Shown: positions 54,353-56,449 of the stretch, piece after piece
Numbering within the stretch: position 1 is the first letter of the stretch
How the letters are laid out: every line of letters starts with the position of its first letter
IMG/VR virus record: IMGVR_UViG_3300020159_000747
Coordinates: 1-56,449 of that record
Length of the DNA: 56,449 nucleotides
Direction: 5' to 3' (one strand)
Source: a virus
Taxonomy: Duplodnaviria; Caudoviricetes
Program-made: the position numbers and the translations under genes
Notes under the pieces: generated by a model
The model's input: only the letters and a program-made list of their open reading frames with translations
The model's database searches: none
What the model was told of the DNA's origin: nothing

Positions 54353-54493
54353 TTATTTACTCGCTTTCTTTGGTTTAGAGACTTTCTTTTTTCCAGAACC
54401 TGCAGGGACGCAGTTCGGAACCTTCTTGCCACCCTTAGTCTTCATGCCTACTTGAACGTAGCCATCCCAACAAGGGTTAGTATCTTTAGCCAT
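54353..54493 (-). CDS. Small basic protein (46 aa)
   Basis: [30 protein letters not shown]... Confidence 0.65.
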   Translation of the reverse strand: MAKDTNPCWDGYVQVGMKTKGGKKVPNCVPAGSGKKKVSKPKKASK

Positions 54494-55524
54494 TATGCTG
54501 GTCCAATTGTTGTAATCGTTCCTGAAGAACCTCTGTACTTCAAGGCTCCAGCTTCTACATAAAGGATTCCGCCGCCTGTTAAGTTAGCGGTGGGGGCTGT
54601 TCCATTTTGCATAAGAAGCTTATCTGCGTTTATATTCTGGAAATAATCAATAGAGTTAGTAGTTCCACCAGTGCCTGATAGTGCCACTAGGGTTGACCCT
54701 GGCTTATCAAATACGCAGTTGAAGATTGAGTAAAAGCCGTTTAGTACAACTGGGGCAACACTGTTTAATGCTGAGGTTAGTAGTTGAGAGTTTGCTAGAG
54801 TAACAACGGTTCCAGCAGCAGAGGTAACAGCATTAGTTGCTGCGGCAACTACCACTGTCTGTACTAGGCTTAAACTTCCAGCAGTTAAAACTGGGGAGAC
54901 AGTGCTTCCGTTTTTAACAAGAACATTCGCGCTTGCGTTATTGACAGTTATAAAGTTTGTATTACCACCATAAATATCAACTATTCCGCTTCCAGTAATG
55001 CTTGCAGCACCAAAGTCTGTTAAACGAATAAGCGTGTATGGGGCAGTGCTGCTCTTTGTAAGAGTTCCAGAAATATCGCAGTTAAGTATGTTTACATTTC
55101 CCGCACCAGTTGGTGTAGTAACAGTTAAGTTTGTCATCTTTAATCCTGCAATAGTGCAACCAGTATTTGTGCTTACAGTTCCAGAAATTAAAGTGTTTCC
55201 TCCAACAAGACCAGGGGCAGTTAATACTGTGTATTGGTATGTAATTGATGGGTTTTCTGTATAGGTGCCTGGGTGAATAATAACTGTTCGTCTGTCACCT
55301 GCTACTAAGGTAAGCGCTTTAGTGATAGTAGCTACTGGTTTTAATAGGTCACCATTACCAGTAGTGTCGTTTCCATCTACTTGGCTAACGTGGATTTCTT
55401 GGTCATAGCCAGTAAATGTGGCTTGCTTTCCAGAGACTTCAGCGTCTAGAACGTCGAGAGCGGTGTTAAGAGTAACACCCCAACCGATAGCACCAATTGT
55501 AGGTTTAATAACTGCCATAATCAA
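54493..55524 (-). CDS. Beta-helix (pectin-lyase-like) fibre/appendage protein
   Basis: [32 protein letters not shown]; Thr/Val/Gly-rich. Confidence 0.65.
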   Translation of the reverse strand: MIMAVIKPTIGAIGWGVTLNTALDVLDAEVSGKQATFTGYDQEIHVSQVDGNDTTGNGDLLKPVATITKALTLVAGDRRTVIIHPGTYTENPSITYQYTVLTAPGLVGGNTLISGTVSTNTGCTIAGLKMTNLTVTTPTGAGNVNILNCDISGTLTKSSTAPYTLIRLTDFGAASITGSGIVDIYGGNTNFITVNNASANVLVKNGSTVSPVLTAGSLSLVQTVVVAAATNAVTSAAGTVVTLANSQLLTSALNSVAPVVLNGFYSIFNCVFDKPGSTLVALSGTGGTTNSIDYFQNINADKLLMQNGTAPTANLTGGGILYVEAGALKYRGSSGTITTIGPA

Positions 55525-56096
55525 GCTCCTCCGTAATATTCATTGCCGTAATAACCTTCACCGTAACCAACGTTAACAGAGGCATAGGTTAAAAATTGCG
55601 GGTCGTTGACCATTTCTTCAGGCATTAACTGAATACAGTCTACGCTTAGGATAGTGAACCTGTCTGCCACAATGCCGCGCTCTTGGATAGCAAATGGGCG
55701 ATATACCTGTCCACGCCAAACTACACGGTCGCGGTTATTGATATCTGGACGGATAATAATGTTAGGAGCAAACTTCTGTACATCTTCAATGTTGAAAGTT
55801 AGATGTAAAGTATCTGAGTTGTAGTAACCAACCGATGAAGTCTTGGCCTCACCCTGCTTGATAACAGCTCTGACTACAGGAACTGAGAACGGTCCAGTCC
55901 AGACTTTGCCACCCATAGAAGAGGAGATGTCTTGTCCGACATCATACAAAGGGTCTACATCAGAGTTAAAGGAATCAAATATATACCAAAGGGCTTTTGT
56001 TCCTACTGAGTGTTTTAAATCAGAATCGATACCTTTAAGAAGGTCAGTGGTCTCGTAGTCAGCGTCAAACCGACCCCCAGGTGTGTGAGCTCTCAC
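55521..56096 (-). CDS. Head closure / neck protein (putative)
   Basis: DPLYDVG...W.GP..VPV...DRVVW; position in the module. Confidence 0.55.
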   Translation of the reverse strand: MRAHTPGGRFDADYETTDLLKGIDSDLKHSVGTKALWYIFDSFNSDVDPLYDVGQDISSSMGGKVWTGPFSVPVVRAVIKQGEAKTSSVGYYNSDTLHLTFNIEDVQKFAPNIIIRPDINNRDRVVWRGQVYRPFAIQERGIVADRFTILSVDCIQLMPEEMVNDPQFLTYASVNVGYGEGYYGNEYYGGA

Positions 56097-56449
56097 TTAA
56101 CTCCCTCTCTGTAGAACTCTAGATTACTATTTAAACGCTCATCTGTAGGGTTAAGCTCTACCGCCTTCTTCCCATATTCCAAAGCTTGAGTGCGCTCGCC
56201 AAGCCAGTAAGCACAAACAGCAGCCAAGTCATACGGAACTGAGCCCCAAGCAAAGGCTTCATTAAGATAATCCATCTGCCTATCTTTTACATTTAAAGCT
56301 TTTTTGCAAAGTGTAAGACACTCGCTCCATCTGCCGTTGTCGTAATGGTATTGAGCTAGCTCAACATATGCTTCTCTTTTATTAGGCTCTTCTTGCATTG
56401 CCAACTTCCACCATTTAAGTTTCTCTTCTTCTTCAGTAGAACACTTAGC
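56093..56449 (-). CDS. TPR-repeat C-terminus, truncated by the window edge (possibly of a glycosyltransferase)
   Basis: Frame open to the window end; REAYVELAQYHY, PYDLAAVCAYWLG, AVELNPTDERLNSNL. Confidence 0.65.
   Translation of the reverse strand, partial: AKCSTEEEEKLKWWKLAMQEEPNKREAYVELAQYHYDNGRWSECLTLCKKALNVKDRQMDYLNEAFAWGSVPYDLAAVCAYWLGERTQALEYGKKAVELNPTDERLNSNLEFYREGVK

Noticed and set aside
1-56449. Stop-codon reassignment
   Set aside because: Conserved genes are full length in the standard code; TAG, TGA and TAA all end real genes; no suppressor tRNA was found.

Overview
This window is a ~56 kb piece of a contractile-tailed (myovirus-type) dsDNA phage genome. The host is most likely an actinobacterium, plausibly a low-GC freshwater one (inferred from WhiB, an MSMEG_6728-family glycosylase and at least 7 leaderless promoters). 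Layout: (1) 1-9.4 kb, + strand 'early' region with short hypotheticals, a MoxR AAA+/VWA pair, Cys-rich microproteins and long structured intergenic elements. (2) 9.4-38.6 kb, - strand metabolism and replication block with class II RNR, an NTase/HAD-like/TGT-fold cluster, metallophosphoesterase, Hsp20, SpoVS, proteasome-beta-like peptidase, RuvC, Cas4-like nuclease, WhiB, RecA, PolA, SSB, 3 tRNAs, SNF2 helicase, dNMP kinase, primase, DnaB and a DnaC-like loader. (3) 38.6-56.4 kb, - strand baseplate, tail and neck module. No capsid, portal, large terminase or integrase was recognised in the window. The most notable unexplained features are: recurrent RNA hairpins or candidate sRNAs exposing anti-Shine-Dalgarno (CCCCU) sequence; repeated early-region cassettes (terminator, GTTTGTGTTG...CAACACAAAC nested palindrome, DnaA-box promoter); a cluster of apparently catalytically degenerate nucleotide-enzyme folds including a pseudo-DpdA/TGT; and apparent restriction-site avoidance confined to the early region. 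All calls come from reading motifs by eye; no searches were run.
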